A stretch of DNA of 64,000 nt, taken from assembly GCF_947502395.1 (NCBI RefSeq), contig NZ_CANMZM010000003.1, positions 584,709 through 648,708 on the forward strand, given 5' to 3'. Numbering within the stretch: position 1 is the stretch's first letter; each line of letters opens with the position of its first letter. A program made the translations under genes and the position numbers. The notes beneath the pieces are model-generated. The model was not told the DNA's origin and made no database searches. It saw only the letters and a program-made list of their open reading frames with translations. This DNA comes from an uncultured Erythrobacter sp. Lineage in GTDB: Bacteria; Pseudomonadota; Alphaproteobacteria; Sphingomonadales; Sphingomonadaceae. Shown here in pieces: positions 60,618-64,000 of the stretch.

Positions 60618-62363
60618 ATGAGCATCAATATCGGACCAGCTGCGACGGACGAACTCCGCCCACGGATCACAGTGATCGGAATTGGAGGCGCGGGTGGAAA
60701 CGCGATCTCCAATATGATCGAGAGTGAGATCGAGGGCGTTGAGTTTCTGGTTGCCAATACGGACGCACAGGCGCTCAGCACTTCTCCGGCAGAGACCCGC
60801 ATTCAACTCGGTCCGGATATCACTGGCGGCCTTGGTGCTGGTGCGCGTCCCGAAGTGGGTAAGGCAGCGGCGGAAGAAACTGTCTCCCAGATCGAAGAGG
60901 CGCTCGAAGGCGTCAACATGGTCTTTATCGCAGCCGGAATGGGCGGCGGCACCGGTACAGGCGCAGCGCCCGTTATTGCGGAAGCTGCGCGGCGCAAAGG
61001 CGTGCTCACCGTTGGCGTAGTGACCAAGCCCTTCCTGTTCGAAGGTACACGCCGCATGCGTGCAGCCGAAGCTGGCATTGCCGAGCTTCAAGAACACGTC
61101 GACACGCTGATTGTAATTCCAAACCAGAACCTGTTCCTTGTCGCCAAGCCAGAGACGACCTTCAAGCAGGCGTTCCAACTGGCTGATGAAGTGCTCCAGC
61201 AGGGAGTACGCTCGATCACCGATCTGATCGTCAATCCGGGGCTGATCAATCTCGACTTTGCTGACATCCGCGCTGTGATGAGCGAAATGGGTAAAGCGAT
61301 GATGGGCACAGGCGAGGGCGAGGGTGAAAACCGCGCACTTAACGCCGCCGAACAAGCCATCGCCAACCCGTTGCTCGACGGTGTGAGCATGCAGGGCGCG
61401 CGCGGTGTGATCATTTCGATCATCGGCGGCGAAGATATGACGTTAATGGAGCTCGACGAAGCGGCCAACTACATTCGTGATTTGGTCGATGAAGACGCAA
61501 ACATCATCTGGGGCAGTGCGTTTAACCCAGACATGGACCAGAAAATCCGCATTTCTGTTGTCGCTACAGGCATTGAACATGCCGCGGGTGCGGAAGCTCC
61601 GCGCGCTGTGCCGGCTGCCTTCACAGCCTCACGTCCTCCCAAGCGGCCAGTGCTCGACCTGGTTGGTGAATGCGAAGCTAGCGATGATGCGGCTGAAAAA
61701 ACGGCTTCTGAATCGCAGGAAGTGCCAACACAAATGGCTTCGCGCATTCCGGCGGTTCCCAGCTCGGCTGCGGGTTTTTCTGAGCCAGAGGCGGAGGAAC
61801 CAAAGGCATCCGAAGATTCAGAATCAGAACCGTTTGATCTCTCCGGCATGCAGGCTGGGGATGACATGGGCGATTCGGGCGATGACGTTGATGAGATTAT
61901 CGACCCATTAGCTGGATTGCGCGGTGCCGACGATGAGGACGCGGATTTGATCGTTGGCGGCGGCGACGAAACACTCGACCTAGGCGCTGAATTCCAAGAG
62001 GAAGCGGCGCCCGAGGAGGGAACTTCCGTACAGTGGGCGGCCGCTCAAGACTCGACCGACAAATCTGGCGGCGATGATCTTCTTGCTGATGCGGACCGCC
62101 TTGCTGAGCGCAATGAGCCAGTTGAAGCCAAGAACGGTGACAGCTCAGTTGATTCCGCACCATCTGGCAGTGATTCAGGCGGCGGCAATTCTGGTGGCGA
62201 TGGAAATGGTGGTTCTGGCGCGGGTGCGACACTGTTTGAGCGCATGGCCAATCTCTCACGCTCTTCAACCTCTTCTGACGATGAGGAAGATGACGATGAT
62301 GATGGAGATGACGCGCCCGCCTTGTCGATTCCGCGTTTCCTCGGACGTCAAAACAACCAGTAA
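60618..62363 (+). CDS. ftsZ: Cell division protein FtsZ with a long acidic linker
   Basis: [25 protein letters not shown] tubulin signature, INLDFAD, C-terminal LSIPRFL; GGAGG RBS before ATG 60618. Confidence 0.99.
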   Translation: MSINIGPAATDELRPRITVIGIGGAGGNAISNMIESEIEGVEFLVANTDAQALSTSPAETRIQLGPDITGGLGAGARPEVGKAAAEETVSQIEEALEGVNMVFIAAGMGGGTGTGAAPVIAEAARRKGVLTVGVVTKPFLFEGTRRMRAAEAGIAELQEHVDTLIVIPNQNLFLVAKPETTFKQAFQLADEVLQQGVRSITDLIVNPGLINLDFADIRAVMSEMGKAMMGTGEGEGENRALNAAEQAIANPLLDGVSMQGARGVIISIIGGEDMTLMELDEAANYIRDLVDEDANIIWGSAFNPDMDQKIRISVVATGIEHAAGAEAPRAVPAAFTASRPPKRPVLDLVGECEASDDAAEKTASESQEVPTQMASRIPAVPSSAAGFSEPEAEEPKASEDSESEPFDLSGMQAGDDMGDSGDDVDEIIDPLAGLRGADDEDADLIVGGGDETLDLGAEFQEEAAPEEGTSVQWAAAQDSTDKSGGDDLLADADRLAERNEPVEAKNGDSSVDSAPSGSDSGGGNSGGDGNGGSGAGATLFERMANLSRSSTSSDDEEDDDDDGDDAPALSIPRFLGRQNNQ

Positions 62364-62492
62364 TGACGAGCGACTGTGTGGTACCCGGTACCTCAGTCCA
62401 TCGGCTGAGCGATACCATTTGTCTTGATCGCGCCGCGTGATAAGTGAACAGGGCTTTTCGAAGTTCTCCTTCTCCTGTTAACGCCGGTTCCC

Positions 62493-63890
62493 GTGACACG
62501 TTCTCTTACACCTGTTTTTGGCAGTGCCTTTGTTGCCTCGCTGGCTTTGCTATCGTCTCCCACCGTCCACGCGCAAAACTCGACTTCGCGCGAGGTGGTG
62601 CAGCCTCTGCCATCTTCCGAAGTGCAAAGGCTCAACCGCGCTCTGTTGGAGCTAGCCCGGAGCCCAAGAAGCGTTCCAGCTCTTCTCGAAGCAGGAGATG
62701 CGTCACTCGCAGTCCAAGACCTTGACGCCGCGATTGGCTTTTATGGGAGCGCCGCCGAGTTGGATCCGTCGGACTCGCGCATCAAACTTGGATTGGCGCG
62801 CGTGTATCTGCGCTCGGGACGACCGGTAGAGGCGCTTCCGCTCTTGGAAGAGGCACAAAACGCGGGTGCTGCGCGGAGCGATGTTCTGGGCCCGCGCGCC
62901 TTGGCCTATGACTTGGTCGGAGATCAGGAGGCGGCACAATCAGCTTACGCTGCCGCGCTTGAGCTCAGCCCGCAAGACGATGAATTGCGCCGCCGCCTTG
63001 CCATCAGCCAGGCGATTTCGGGCAATTCGGCCGGATTTCAGGAAACGCTTGCCCCGCTCCTTGAGGCGCGCGATGTAGCGGCATTCCGCGCCCGCGCTTT
63101 TGGCCTTGCGATTCTTGGCGAGCAGGAGCGTGCGGAAGGCATCGTCAACAGCGTCATGCCGCCCGATCTGGCGGCACGGATCAATCCGTATCTGGCCTAT
63201 ATGCCGCGACTGACCCCTGCTCAGCAAGCGGCTGCTGCCAATCTGGGCATCTTCCCACGTGCTGCAGATATTGGCCGCGAAGATCCGCGCATCGCTCGTT
63301 TTGCTCGTGAGGGCGCAAGTGGGTCTTTGTTGGAGCCCGTAGGTGAACCGCTGGGTGCCCCAGTATCGGAAGTGCCACCCGAGCCAACGCAAACCGTTCA
63401 AGACGCAAGTCTCCCTCAAGTTGCGACCCGCGAGACTGGTCAGCCAACAGGAGCAGCCGCACCAGAAACGAGCTCAACTCAGCCTTCCAGCAGCGTTGTC
63501 GATGCGTTTGCTGATTTGAGCGGTGCGGAGATGCCGGAAGCGGGACGACCGCAAGATGCGGTCAATATCGCTGAGCTCGATGTTCCGCGCGAGGCGGCGC
63601 CGGAACCAGCTGAACCCGAACATCCTCGCCGCATCTGGGTACAACTTGCCACTGGCCGAGATGTAGATGCGCTGGGATTTGACTGGCGACGTTTTTCGCG
63701 CCGAGCCCCTGATTTGCTCGGTACCTTTGAGCCGCACGTGACGCCATGGGGTCAAGCCAACCGCTTGCTCGCAGGGCCGCTTGAAAACAACCGTGAAGCG
63801 CGTCGTCTGGTCAACGCTTTGAGCGAGAAGGGCATTGAGACTTTCACATTCACAAGCCCAGAAGGTACTGAAATTAAAGTACTTAACTGA
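62493..63890 (+). CDS. Exported TPR + SPOR domain protein
   Basis: Signal peptide, TPR-like helical repeats, Pro/Thr-rich linker, C-terminal SPOR (WVQLATG, RLLAGP). Confidence 0.85.
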   Translation: MTRSLTPVFGSAFVASLALLSSPTVHAQNSTSREVVQPLPSSEVQRLNRALLELARSPRSVPALLEAGDASLAVQDLDAAIGFYGSAAELDPSDSRIKLGLARVYLRSGRPVEALPLLEEAQNAGAARSDVLGPRALAYDLVGDQEAAQSAYAAALELSPQDDELRRRLAISQAISGNSAGFQETLAPLLEARDVAAFRARAFGLAILGEQERAEGIVNSVMPPDLAARINPYLAYMPRLTPAQQAAAANLGIFPRAADIGREDPRIARFAREGASGSLLEPVGEPLGAPVSEVPPEPTQTVQDASLPQVATRETGQPTGAAAPETSSTQPSSSVVDAFADLSGAEMPEAGRPQDAVNIAELDVPREAAPEPAEPEHPRRIWVQLATGRDVDALGFDWRRFSRRAPDLLGTFEPHVTPWGQANRLLAGPLENNREARRLVNALSEKGIETFTFTSPEGTEIKVLN

Positions 63891-64000
63891 TATTTTACAT
63901 TCTTCCCCGGCTTTCTGTGCACAGGGTTTGAACAAGGCAGAGCGGTTCTCCCCAAGACTTGGGGCTGCGGCGGATTGCCAAGTGGGTGTGCGTGCGTGCA

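Noticed and set aside
63891-64000. Hairpin CCCCAAG/CTTGGGG near the window end
   Set aside because: Context is cut off by the window edge, so it cannot be assigned as terminator, leader or gene start

Overview
Mostly core-chromosome DNA from an alphaproteobacterium. Gene order and protein sequences point to Sphingomonadales, most likely Erythrobacteraceae (inference; no database search was possible). Left to right: alpha/beta hydrolase + FAD oxidoreductase; yegP-like; the rnhA-thrB-ispH operon; argS-SPOR-nagZ-scpAB-tatABC; amidohydrolase and a 3-hydroxyacid dehydrogenase; threonine dehydratase; ate/bpt-tamA-tamB; a ~4 kb accessory patch (orphan phage-type GH24 lysozyme, GAF-PAS-GGDEF-EAL protein, decayed XRE-HTH/membrane-protein cassette); glnB-glnA; pepA-like/SH3/argC; map; ccmAB; phhB; SDR; S9 peptidase; TonB-C; alkA-like; ferredoxin-cysK; two uncharacterised envelope genes; and a complete dcw cluster (mraZ to ftsZ) followed by a TPR-SPOR gene. 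I found no tRNA, rRNA, CRISPR array, integrase, transposase or defence system, and I cannot support a large new multi-gene system here. The strongest leads are non-coding. (1) A multi-stem, apparently switchable RNA leader in front of mraZ. (2) A phased array of GGGA box pairs upstream of it. (3) CtrA-like boxes in front of ate-tamAB, mraZ and ftsZ. The holin-less lysozyme facing away from a c-di-GMP enzyme is the best coding lead. Many starts were moved downstream of the ORF-track starts using RBS position, gene overlaps or family N-termini.
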